Under the pieces are notes generated by a model. The model was not told where the DNA came from, searched no databases, and saw nothing but the letters and a program-made list of their open reading frames with translations. From the NCBI GenBank assembly GCA_049652385.1, contig JBASDX010000001.1:28698-92697 (forward strand): 64,000 nt of DNA, given 5' to 3'. Below are positions 7,492 through 15,990 of this stretch, piece by piece. A program made the position numbers and the translations under genes. This DNA is from Bacteroidales bacterium. GTDB lineage: Bacteria > Bacteroidota > Bacteroidia > Bacteroidales > UBA932. Every line of letters starts with the position of its first letter. The stretch's first letter is position 1.

Positions 7492-9468
7492 TTAAAGTAC
7501 AGGAATCCCTATTTCTTTCAAATACAGGAACGTAGGGTCGTAAAATGTAGACTGTCGGGTGAGGTCATTTTCGCTTCCTTTGGGTACGACTATTACCATT
7601 CCTTGGCGTGCCCTTGTTAGAAGAACACGGTAAGCATTTATTAAATAGCTTATTCTTTCTGGTTTTCGAATTCGTTGCCATTTGGTACCCACAAATGAGA
7701 ATGTTTCCCAACCAGTTTCTTCATATCTTAAATCCCCATCCCACGTAACGCATGCCCAATCAAGTTCCAAACCTTGGATTTGAAATTCTGTGGCTACGTC
7801 TTCAAGAAAATATGAAGAGCGGACATCATCTTTACCATTTAAAAACCAATGTACCGGATTTATTGGAGTCCTTACATCAATGGCATGTGGTTTCAATCTT
7901 TGGGCCTGAGAAGATACAATTAAGCCATATCGCTCACTGCCTCTAGCTTTTCTTTTCAACCAATCTTTAGCCTTAGATAAATCGCGTGTAATGACAATTG
8001 GGTAGTTGTCTTTTATTAATTCATACATCTCTTTTGCTTTTTCTTTTTCCATATCAAGCAAATACTTCACAAATGAAGAAAGGTTTTCAGCTCTAAATGA
8101 TCGCATTGATACGTTGAGATGTAAATCTACGTTTTGATAGACTTTGGTTATCTGTTGTAACTCTTTTACGGCTTCTTCTGCATCATATTCTGATTCAATC
8201 AGGTTGGGAGAAATATAAACGTTCCAGTGTGGGAATTCATTTTTGATTGCCTTCAACCATTCAGAAATCCCAGCCTCACCGGTATTAATTTCTTGTCCAC
8301 CACCTACTAGGCAAACAATTACAGCCCAATCTTCATGACGATTTAGACATGATATAAGAAACTCGGGTTCAGAGTAATCAAAATTGGGTTGATTCTTTTT
8401 TGACTTCATAAACTTAACAGTCTGTTCTTTATTCCATGCTCTTTGAGCTTCATCAAAAATGGCAACATGATCGTATGGTGGTTTTTGATCAACTAAGTAG
8501 GCGTCTCTGTAATGGTGTATATTTTGGATAAATGTTTTAACACTGGATTTTATTTGTCCTTTAGTAAGTCTCGTATCTGAATCTGCCTGGTTTTTTAGTC
8601 TATCTCTAGTTAATGCTTCTTGCAAAACAGCCACAAGTGGCCCGTTACCCGACAAATAAACACTCATTGTGTTACCGACTTCATCTTGTCGTGTTGTAGC
8701 GATTTTTAATCCAACTAATGTTTTTCCTGCACCAGGAACGCCTGTAACAAAACAAATGATTTTTGAGTGTTCCGATTTGGCCTTTTCTATGATATCAGAT
8801 ATGACTGAGGTAGTCTTTGTTAAGTTAATGGCGCCGGCATCAGACCTTGTGATATTAGCTACTGAATGGTTCTGATATAATGCTATTGCTGCTTCAACGA
8901 TTGTTGGAGTAGGAGAGTAACTACCATAAGCAAACTCTTCTGAATTAATTCTATTCTCATCAAAAAAGAAGGTTAAAGCATTATTAATAACCTCAATAAG
9001 ACCAGATTTGTTAATCTTTAAAGGTTCTAATAGGTTGTCATTATGGGGAGTAGTAATTAGATTGATATACGAATGAGAAGCATCCGTAGCCAGCAAAATA
9101 GGGACAATCAAGGCTTTGTGACTGGGTTCATGAAAATATTTAAGGTCCAATGCGTAATCATATACCTGTTCTATATCTGCTCTTAGATAATTTTTCTCTC
9201 CGACTTTGAATTCAATTAAAAAAACAACCCCTTCAATCAATAAAAGGACATCTACACGTTTACCCATACGCGGAATCGAAAACTCAAAAAAGATAGTTCC
9301 TTCATAGGAATTAAGAGCTTTTTTTAAGAACTCAATTTCATATTCCCAGGCACTGTTTTGTTTAAATAAGGTATCAAAGGTGTTGTTTCGTGTAATCTCT
9401 CCAATAATATCACTTGTGGTTTTTGAAAGAAAGGAAGATATGCTGTCTTTGTAATAATAATTACGCAT
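7492..9468 (-). CDS. PD-(D/E)xK nuclease-like N-domain + DUF2075 (Schlafen-like SF1) ATPase/helicase
   Basis: 658 aa. N-terminal VDVLLL...LIEFK fits a D...ExK motif. Walker A is GVPGAGKT, Walker B is IFDEAQRAW, and C-terminal LLTRARQGMVIVV is SF1 motif VI-like. Confidence 0.8.
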   Translation of the reverse strand: MRNYYYKDSISSFLSKTTSDIIGEITRNNTFDTLFKQNSAWEYEIEFLKKALNSYEGTIFFEFSIPRMGKRVDVLLLIEGVVFLIEFKVGEKNYLRADIEQVYDYALDLKYFHEPSHKALIVPILLATDASHSYINLITTPHNDNLLEPLKINKSGLIEVINNALTFFFDENRINSEEFAYGSYSPTPTIVEAAIALYQNHSVANITRSDAGAINLTKTTSVISDIIEKAKSEHSKIICFVTGVPGAGKTLVGLKIATTRQDEVGNTMSVYLSGNGPLVAVLQEALTRDRLKNQADSDTRLTKGQIKSSVKTFIQNIHHYRDAYLVDQKPPYDHVAIFDEAQRAWNKEQTVKFMKSKKNQPNFDYSEPEFLISCLNRHEDWAVIVCLVGGGQEINTGEAGISEWLKAIKNEFPHWNVYISPNLIESEYDAEEAVKELQQITKVYQNVDLHLNVSMRSFRAENLSSFVKYLLDMEKEKAKEMYELIKDNYPIVITRDLSKAKDWLKRKARGSERYGLIVSSQAQRLKPHAIDVRTPINPVHWFLNGKDDVRSSYFLEDVATEFQIQGLELDWACVTWDGDLRYEETGWETFSFVGTKWQRIRKPERISYLINAYRVLLTRARQGMVIVVPKGSENDLTRQSTFYDPTFLYLKEIGIPVL

Positions 9469-9792
9469 GAATTAATACTATTTATGATCAGATATTATTC
9501 TGATATTTTGCATATTTATTTCAAAGTTACGTCAAAACGTGGCGTTTTAATAAAGATGATTCGTGCTGTTTTGAAGTGTTTTGCATAGGGGCGGCTTTAA
9601 ACATAGATTTAAGGAAGTATAACAAAGATAAAATATTATTGTTGAGGTTCATAAGTACCACAAAAAACAAAAAATTGTTCTTTGAGAAGATACAGCTTTT
9701 TACAAAACACGGTCCCGCAGGTCGCAATTTTTTTTACTGGAAGTGTGTCAAGGAGATGAGCATTCTATGCGATGCATGGTAATGTTGCCTGT

Positions 9793-9841
9793 AACAAAAC
9801 GCGGAAGCCTCGATACGTTCCACTTGCTTCCGCGTTTTGTT
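9793..9841. repeat. Conserved hairpin AACAAAACGCGGAAGC-17 nt-GCTTCCGCGTTTTGTT, copy B (perfect 16-bp arms)
   Basis: Read directly. Located 38 nt downstream of the lipoprotein gene stop (minus strand). Confidence 0.85.
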
Positions 9842-9878
9842 ATTGCAACTCCTATAAAGTAAATAAAGATGATTTAGA

Positions 9879-10340
9879 TTATTTGGTAAATGTAATCCAC
9901 TCAGCGTCATCTTCGTCCTTCAGTCTGATTTTGAATGAATTGTCTGAAAGAACACGAATGTCTAAAGCTACGTCCAGCGGTATTTCTCCTATTGTTAATA
10001 AAGTAAGTGTATTACCATCTTTAGAGACGAAAAAATAGCAATCAATAAAAGCATCTAAATAACCGTCATCATATTCGTCAAAAACAACAGGAAGTCTTAA
10101 TTTGCCATGTACTAACACAGTTACAATATCAACAAAAGTTGCTTCTTTTGGCGGGTTGTACTTTTCAAGAAAAATGAGTTGAACATTTTCTTCTTCAACA
10201 TTTGCCTGGAATGTTCCATTTAATACACGTAAAACATCTATTTGAGCTTGCGTGAAATGTTCTGGACTCATAGCATCTTGCGGAACACAGGCAATCATCC
10301 ATAATGCTAGCCCGGTAAGGAATAAGATAGATTTTCTCAT
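9879..10340 (-). CDS. Hypothetical lipoprotein
   Basis: 153 aa. Signal peptide with a lipobox-like LWMIAC. No recognisable domain. Confidence 0.6.
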   Translation of the reverse strand: MRKSILFLTGLALWMIACVPQDAMSPEHFTQAQIDVLRVLNGTFQANVEEENVQLIFLEKYNPPKEATFVDIVTVLVHGKLRLPVVFDEYDDGYLDAFIDCYFFVSKDGNTLTLLTIGEIPLDVALDIRVLSDNSFKIRLKDEDDAEWITFTK

Positions 10341-10441
10341 AATTACAATTTTAAGGTTAAAGAATAATTGTTTTCTACAAAGAAAACCGCTCTCTACGTC
10401 AAATCATGTCGTTCTCTTCAGAAGGAATCCATTTTTGTAAA

Positions 10442-10540
10442 ACAAGGTGGTAAGTAATAAATTTGTTGCTGAAAGCTGTAAATGCCAGGTAATCTGCCAA
10501 ATGTGCATGTGTTGGAGTTATGTATTACTTACCACCTTGT
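10442..10540. repeat. Perfect 18-bp inverted repeat (ACAAGGTGGTAAGTAATA / TATTACTTACCACCTTGT) with a 63-nt spacer, followed by a T-run
   Basis: Read directly. GCAGTTTTTT follows the right arm. Confidence 0.8.
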
Positions 10541-10564
10541 GCAGTTTTTTAATGAAAACGGCCT

Positions 10565-10654
10565 ATTTATGCAACGCATAAAAGCGTTAAATGGCGGTAA
10601 TACAGCAGTTTGTGAGAAACGGTCCCCAAGGGGATGACTTTTCATAATTGGCAG
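10565..10654. repeat. Intergenic repeat core, copy C
   Basis: Aligns with 7263-7352 (74/90 identical by hand). Confidence 0.8.
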
Positions 10655-10701
10655 AGAGCCAAGAAGATAAGCGAATTACGCAACGCATAAAAGTTGTTCG
10701 C

Positions 10702-11394
10702 CTATAGCAAATACTCCAGAATATCACTGATGCAATCCAGCTCCAGAAAGCGCTCGCTTTGTGAGGTATAGGGGATTTCTTCGTGGGCCCAGGTGACATG
10801 GTGAGGGATGTGGGCGGCGTAGGCGCCGAGTTCCAGGACGGGTACGATGTCCGATCGCATGGAGTTGCCAATCATCAGAAAGTTGTCTGCCGGGCAATCC
10901 AGGTGGTGCAGCAGTTTGGTGTACTCGGTACGGGTCTTGTCGCTCATGATTTCAATGTGGTGGAAATACCGCTCCAGTCCGGATTTTCTTAACTTCCGTT
11001 CCTGATCCAGCAGGTCGCCTTTGGTGGCTACGACCAGACGGTAGCGTCCGTTCAGCCGTTCCAGGGTTTCAACAACACCCGGTAACAGTTCAATGGGTTT
11101 TTGCAACATGTCCCTGCCCATATTCAGGATATCTTGTACCCGTGCAGCTGGCAAAGTGTTGTCAGAGATGCGGATGGCTGTATCTATCATGCTCAACACA
11201 AACGCTTTCACGCCGTATCCGTACCATTCCAGATCTTCTACGATTGTTTTATCCAGCTCTTTTTGTACTTCTTCTACCGGCATGTAGGCACTCAGCATGG
11301 CACACAATTTTTTGCTTGACTCACGGAAAAACAGCTCGTTCACCCATAAGGTATCGTCTGCATCGAACGCTATGGTTTTGATCTTTTCTTTCAT
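10702..11394 (-). CDS. HAD-superfamily hydrolase
   Basis: 230 aa. Has motif I FDADDTLW, a later ATKGD, and IGNSMRSD (motif IV region). Confidence 0.8.
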   Translation of the reverse strand: MKEKIKTIAFDADDTLWVNELFFRESSKKLCAMLSAYMPVEEVQKELDKTIVEDLEWYGYGVKAFVLSMIDTAIRISDNTLPAARVQDILNMGRDMLQKPIELLPGVVETLERLNGRYRLVVATKGDLLDQERKLRKSGLERYFHHIEIMSDKTRTEYTKLLHHLDCPADNFLMIGNSMRSDIVPVLELGAYAAHIPHHVTWAHEEIPYTSQSERFLELDCISDILEYLL

Positions 11395-11514
11395 TTGGCT
11401 GCAAAGATAGGAAGATCATATGCCATAAAACAAAAAAGAATTTTAAAATTTGTAAAAATGTACATATATTTGTACAATTATATGTGCAAACAATTTGGTT
11501 AAGTAGGAGTGAAT

Positions 11515-11769
11515 ATGTTAACAACAACACTATCAGACTTCAGAAAAGATATGAAGTCATATTTTGATAAAGTAACAATGAATAGTGACACCTTGATTAT
11601 CAACAGAGGTAAGGATACAGGTGTGGTAATCATCTCTTTGGAAGAATATAATGCTTTACAAGCAACTCAGCATGAATTGTCATCAAAGCTTAATGAGCAG
11701 AGGTTAGACGCAGCCATAGAAAAATTGAGGAGTGGAAAATCGTTTTCAAAAGAAATTAACACCGAATGA
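11515..11769 (+). CDS. yefM: Phd/YefM-family antitoxin
   Basis: MLTTTLSDFRKDMKSYFDKV...VIISLEEYNALQ. Its stop overlaps the toxin start (ATGA). Confidence 0.85.
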   Translation: MLTTTLSDFRKDMKSYFDKVTMNSDTLIINRGKDTGVVIISLEEYNALQATQHELSSKLNEQRLDAAIEKLRSGKSFSKEINTE

Positions 11770-12023
11770 GATATATTTTTGTTGACGAGTCGTGGGAAGA
11801 CTATTTGTATTGGCAAGAGACAGACAAAAAAATCTTGGAAAAGATTAACAAGCTTTTAAAAGATATTGCTAGAAATCCGTATAATGGAATTGGGAAACCG
11901 GAGCCATTAAAGTTTAAATATCAAGGTTTTTGGTCTAGAAGAATTTCGCGTGAACATAGGCTTATCTATCAAGTGAAAGATAACGACATACTTATAGCTA
12001 AGTGTAGATTTCATTATGATTGA
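11766..12023 (+). CDS. yoeB: YoeB/Txe-family toxin (ribosome-dependent mRNA interferase)
   Basis: 85 aa. ESWEDYLYWQETDKKILEKINKLLKD...GKPEPLK...GFWSRRISREHRLIY...CRFHY is very close to the E. coli YoeB pattern. Confidence 0.9.
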   Translation: MRYIFVDESWEDYLYWQETDKKILEKINKLLKDIARNPYNGIGKPEPLKFKYQGFWSRRISREHRLIYQVKDNDILIAKCRFHYD

Positions 12024-12071
12024 GACAGCCGGCCGCTCTGTCGATAGCAGCAAGCCGGGCTTCTTGTTCCC

Positions 12072-12290
12072 AGGTAGTGAGTAGTGTAAAAACGCCAAAC
12101 GCCGCAACGTTGTGTATATCTGCGCGTTAGCGCTCCGTTTAAAAAATGGTCACTCACTACCCAGCCAAGAAAATACCGAAAACTGGCCTTTTTGCTTCTA
12201 GGTAGTGAGTTCAACAAAACAGGAAAAGAGGGTAAGCGATTGAATGCCAGGATAGTAGGAGGGCAAACGAAAAAACGCTACTCACTACCC
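12072..12290. repeat. Two inverted-repeat units with AGGTAGTGAGT / ACTCACTACCC arms
   Basis: Arms lie at 12072-12082(+), 12152-12162(-), 12200-12210(+) and 12280-12290(-). A degenerate fifth copy lies at 12469-12478. Confidence 0.75.
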
Positions 12291-12383
12291 AGCCAACTAC
12301 CATGACGTTGCGGGCATATAACAGGACGCTTTTGCTAGCTACGTCATTGCAGGCAGTCAACCTGCAAAACGTAGCCGGAATTG

Positions 12384-12435
12384 CAACAAACGAGCGGAAG
12401 CCTCGGCAAAACTCCCCGGATTCTGCGCTTTGTTG
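12384..12435. repeat. Degenerate copy D of the AACAAA..GCGGAAGC hairpin family
   Basis: CAACAAACGAGCGGAAGCCTCGG...TTCTGCGCTTTGTTG. Confidence 0.5.
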
Positions 12436-12482
12436 CAGAAACGGCAATGACACAAGGTGCAGAGTACTAGGTAATGAGCGGT

Positions 12483-12538
12483 GTGCCAGCTTGATGCTGG
12501 CACATTAACATAAGTCTTGGCACGCCATTGGGCGTGCC
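12483..12538. other. Two adjacent GC-rich 8-bp hairpins (GTGCCAGC-ttgat-GCTGGCAC and GGCACGCC-attg-GGCGTGCC)
   Basis: Read directly. No flanking gene explains them. Confidence 0.6.
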
Positions 12539-12904
12539 GCCCTGCCTACAAAAAATACTTTTTTGTGTCAGTTACTTTGTTTGAGCTTCTGCGAAAAGCT
12601 CTGTAGTACGAAGCAGTGTTAGCGATTGCGTAAAAGAAAGCCAACAAAAAAAAAGAACCAAAGGAAAACAAAGGTAAGCACTTCACAGAGCGCCGTAGTA
12701 GAAGTGAAACGTGACAGCGAGGCGGACTGTAGCGGCTAAGGAAAACATTGGCTCCCGAAAAGGAGGGGAACCACCGTCAGGTGGGGAGGATTTTCCGTGC
12801 CGATACAGCCGGCTGCCCCATTACGTGCGAGGAAAGGAACCACGGATTTCTGTTGTTTTTCGTAATTTAGGGGCTGCAAACGAAAAAACCTAACGAATAC
12901 ATAT

Positions 12905-13450
12905 ATGAAACCATTCTCTGAATTGATAAAGCGGCGCCAGAGTACGCGCGCTTACATTGACAAACCCATTGAGGAAGAAAAGATTCTGCAATGCCTGGAG
13001 GCGGCTCGGTTGGCGCCCTCGGCGTATAACCAGCAGCCCTGGAACTTTGTGGTGGTAGATGAGCCGGACCTAAAAAACCGGGTAGCGGCGTGTACGGCCG
13101 GACTGGGAATGAATTTTTTTGCTTCGCAGGCACCGGTACTGGTAGTAGTGGTGCTGGATAAAGAGCATGTGATGTCCTCGCTCGGCGGATTGGTGAAAGA
13201 CAAGAATTTCTGCGATTACGACGTGGGTATGGCCGTCAATCAGTTTTGTCTGCAAGCGGCCGAGCTGGACCTGGACACGTGCATCATGGGCTGGTTTAAG
13301 GAAGAGAAAATCAAGAAGTTGTTGCAGGTGGACAAAAGAAGGCGCATAGCCCTGATGGTGGCCCTGGGGTATTCAGAGGCCCGCATCCGGGAGAAGAAAC
13401 GCAAGCCGCTGGAGGAAATGAGCAGCCGGAACGCATATAGAAAACCATAA
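12905..13450 (+). CDS. Nitroreductase-family protein
   Basis: 181 aa. RRQSTRAY...LEAARLAPSAYNQQPWNFVVV. Confidence 0.85.
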   Translation: MKPFSELIKRRQSTRAYIDKPIEEEKILQCLEAARLAPSAYNQQPWNFVVVDEPDLKNRVAACTAGLGMNFFASQAPVLVVVVLDKEHVMSSLGGLVKDKNFCDYDVGMAVNQFCLQAAELDLDTCIMGWFKEEKIKKLLQVDKRRRIALMVALGYSEARIREKKRKPLEEMSSRNAYRKP

Positions 13451-13452
13451 GA

Positions 13453-14019
13453 ATGAACATGAAACCACGCGAATACTATTTAAATCTATTGCACACGCAC
13501 ATCAAAAACCCCAAGATGATTGCACACTCGTTGGCAGCCGAAGCCGTTATGAAGGCACTGGCTCGCAAGTTTGGGGAAGACGAAGAGCTGTGGGGTCTGG
13601 CCGGGCTGTTGCACGATATAGATGTGGAATGGACCCAGGCAGATCCGCTGCGTCACGGTCCGGAAGGCGCCGCCTTTTTGCAGGAACATGGTATACCGGC
13701 CGAGGTGGCCGAGGCCGTCCGCTTACATAACGAACATGCGGCGGGCGGAGAGAAGCGCAGCACACGGCTGCACCACGCCCTGGCTGCCGGAGAAACCATC
13801 ACCGGGCTGATTTTTGCTGTGGCGCTGGTGTATCCGGACAAAAAGATATCGAGCGTAAAGCCCAAATCGGTCACCAAACGGATGAAAGAGAAGCTGTTTG
13901 CCGCCTCGGTCAGCAGGGAAAACATCCTTGAGTGTGAAGATATTGGCATACCGCTGCCGGAGTTCGCACAGCTGGCTCTGGAGGCATTGGCTCCCATAGA
14001 GGAGCAATTGGGCTTTTAA
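13453..14019 (+). CDS. HD-domain metal-dependent phosphohydrolase
   Basis: 188 aa. Has H...LLHDID plus later H residues (RLHNEH). Confidence 0.7.
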   Translation: MNMKPREYYLNLLHTHIKNPKMIAHSLAAEAVMKALARKFGEDEELWGLAGLLHDIDVEWTQADPLRHGPEGAAFLQEHGIPAEVAEAVRLHNEHAAGGEKRSTRLHHALAAGETITGLIFAVALVYPDKKISSVKPKSVTKRMKEKLFAASVSRENILECEDIGIPLPEFAQLALEALAPIEEQLGF

Positions 14020-14078
14020 CAAACATTTGTTTTTTTGGTTTACAAAAATGTATATTTGTGAATAATTGTAAACCAAAA

Positions 14079-15134
14079 ATGAAAATAATGAAGGAGATAT
14101 TTAGTAAACGGCTCAAAAGTGCCAGAAATATGGCTGCCCTTTCTCAAGGCAAGTTGGTTGAGAAAATGGGTAATATTGTGTCCAAAAACGCTATATCTAA
14201 GTATGAAAGAGGCCAAATGATGGCAAATAGTAATGTACTACTTGCTCTGTCAGAAGCATTGAATGTTAAACTCGATTATTTTTTCCGCCCATTTACAGTA
14301 GAAATAAAAAAAATCGAATTTCGTAAAAAGAAACGGCTTGCAACTAAGGACTCAAAAGTCATTATGCAAATTGCAACCGACTTTGTAGAACGGTATATTG
14401 AAATAGAACAATTTTTAAACATTACTTCCTCATTTGTCAGTCCGATTCAAGATATGGCTATTTCCACTATACAGGATGTTGAAGAAGCAGCTTTGCAGGT
14501 TCGTTCCAAATGGAAGCTGGGAATAAATACATTACCAAATGTAATAGATCTTTTAGAGGATAAAGAGATAAAAGTGATTGAAGTAGAAGCACCTGACAGT
14601 TTTGATGGATTTTCAGGCTGGGGTGATGGCAGAATTCCGATTATTGTCATCAATAAGAATTATAATGCAGAACGCAAGCGTTTAACTGCTCTGCATGAGT
14701 TAGGACACTTAATTTTGAATATCAATGAGGCAATTGAAAGTAAGGAAAAAGAAAAAATATGCTTTCAGTTTGCAGGTGCTATGTTAATGCCGGAACCAAC
14801 CTTTCGCCAGGAAATTGGAGATAATCGTTCTCATTTTTTCTTGTCCGAATTAATTTCTGTGAAGGAAACCTATGGTATTTCCATTCAAGCAATCATGGCA
14901 AGGGCAAAAAATCTGGGAATTATAACCGAATCTCACTATACTTCATTCTGCAAAAAAATAAGCAATAACCGCTCTGAAAAAAACTTAGGAACATATAAAG
15001 GGGCTGAACAATCTTTCCGTTTTAAGCAATTGATCTATAGGGCGGCGGCCGAAGAAATTATTTCGCTAAGTAAAGCCGCCAATTTGTCAAACCAGAAATT
15101 GGCGGAATTTCGCAAAGAGTTTGTAACCCTATGA
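14079..15134 (+). CDS. XRE-family HTH fused to an ImmA/IrrE (DUF955) zinc metallopeptidase domain
   Basis: N-terminal HTH is LSQGKLVEKMGNIVSKNAISKYERG. The HEXXH motif is LHELGHLIL. A TATATTTG -7-like box lies at 14051-14058. The first ATG after it was chosen as the start. Confidence 0.8.
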   Translation: MKIMKEIFSKRLKSARNMAALSQGKLVEKMGNIVSKNAISKYERGQMMANSNVLLALSEALNVKLDYFFRPFTVEIKKIEFRKKKRLATKDSKVIMQIATDFVERYIEIEQFLNITSSFVSPIQDMAISTIQDVEEAALQVRSKWKLGINTLPNVIDLLEDKEIKVIEVEAPDSFDGFSGWGDGRIPIIVINKNYNAERKRLTALHELGHLILNINEAIESKEKEKICFQFAGAMLMPEPTFRQEIGDNRSHFFLSELISVKETYGISIQAIMARAKNLGIITESHYTSFCKKISNNRSEKNLGTYKGAEQSFRFKQLIYRAAAEEIISLSKAANLSNQKLAEFRKEFVTL

Positions 15135-15646
15135 TAATAATTGTCAATGATGCTAACATTTTAATAGATCTGGTAGAGTTAAAGATATTACATTGGTTCT
15201 TTCAACTTGAATTTGAGTTTCATACAACAAATCTTATACTTGAAGAACTCTTTGTAGAACAAAAAGAAGCTTTATTTCCTTATATTGAAACAGGCAGTTT
15301 AATTGTTGACGATATTACAGAAGAAGATCTCATTGAAATATTGAAGATCAGGGATACTAAACCCAGCTTATCAGAACAGGATTGTTCAACATTTTATAAG
15401 GCACAACAATATTCAGCAATTATTATCACAAGTGATAATACCTTGAGAAAATTTGCACAGAAGCACAAAATTGAAGTTCATGGACATCTTTGGGTACTTG
15501 ATAATTTGGTAAATAATAAAATCTTAATGGGTATAACAGCCGCTGAGAAGTTGAAAGAACTATGTAATGTGATAAACCCAATGCTGGATCTACCTAACGG
15601 AGAATGTCTAAAGCGAATTCATTTATGGAGTAAGAATAACCCTTGA
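15131..15646 (+). CDS. PIN-like domain protein (putative toxin/RNase partner of the ImmA protein)
   Basis: 171 aa. IIIVNDANILIDL (N-terminal Asp), LILEEL, ITSDNTL acidic positions. Its start overlaps the upstream stop (ATGA). Confidence 0.6.
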   Translation: MIIIVNDANILIDLVELKILHWFFQLEFEFHTTNLILEELFVEQKEALFPYIETGSLIVDDITEEDLIEILKIRDTKPSLSEQDCSTFYKAQQYSAIIITSDNTLRKFAQKHKIEVHGHLWVLDNLVNNKILMGITAAEKLKELCNVINPMLDLPNGECLKRIHLWSKNNP

Positions 15647-15678
15647 ATTGCTTCTTATTGTTTAAGGACATCAAGGAT

Positions 15679-15990
15679 TTATATCCTCGGCTTCAGTATA
15701 ATCCGCATAATCAGAGATACCAGGTAGATGAATCCGCCGTAAATGGCGGGTATAAAGGCAACCTTAATACCCGAGGCTATAAGTGCCATAGAAACGTCTC
15801 CGGCCTTGTGTATGGCATCTCCGGCCTGAGCAAATCCTAAAAGTGTTGACAAAACTCCTACTATAAGCGCAATATTTCCTATCTCACGCACCCAGGCAGG
15901 GGCCTTCCATACGGCAATAAACAAAAAGACCAGGATTATGGTCAGCAGGCCCATAAAAAGAGGACCACCTTCAATGAAAAAACGTAACAT
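15679..15990 (-). CDS. Small MotA/TolQ/ExbB proton-channel family membrane protein
   Basis: 103 aa with three hydrophobic segments and a C-terminal ALIASGIKVAFIPAIYGG pattern typical of the family. Confidence 0.6.
   Translation of the reverse strand: MLRFFIEGGPLFMGLLTIILVFLFIAVWKAPAWVREIGNIALIVGVLSTLLGFAQAGDAIHKAGDVSMALIASGIKVAFIPAIYGGFIYLVSLIMRIILKPRI

Noticed and set aside
7401-9841. The AACAAAACGCGGAAGC...GCTTCCGCGTTTTGTT hairpins as integron attC sites, with the small cassettes as an integron array
   Set aside because: The outer bases do not fit the RYYYAAC / GTTRRRY core sites. No intI-like integrase is in the window. The TA pair is on the opposite strand to the other cassettes. These are kept only as an unexplained repeat family.
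12014-12508. Small ORFs at 12014-12217, 12211-12453 and 12302-12508; some carry a recurring GWVVS peptide
   Set aside because: The GWVVS motif is just the translation of the GGTAGTGAGT repeat arm. The ORFs overlap one another, are rich in Arg/Cys/Ser, and have no start context.
12497-12535. Sigma54 -24/-12 promoter at CTGGCACATT / TTGGCACGCCATTGGGC
   Set aside because: TGGCAC is present, but the -12 position reads TGGG rather than TTGC. The sequences are more simply explained as the arms of two hairpins.
12690-12850. A cobalamin riboswitch or SRP RNA in the GC-rich segment upstream of the nitroreductase gene
   Set aside because: Only loose resemblances were seen (GTGAAA, ACTGTAGCGG, GTCAGGT). 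The B12 box and the SRP GGAAGCAGC/GNRA helix-8 signature are not present. This cannot be called without a covariance-model scan.
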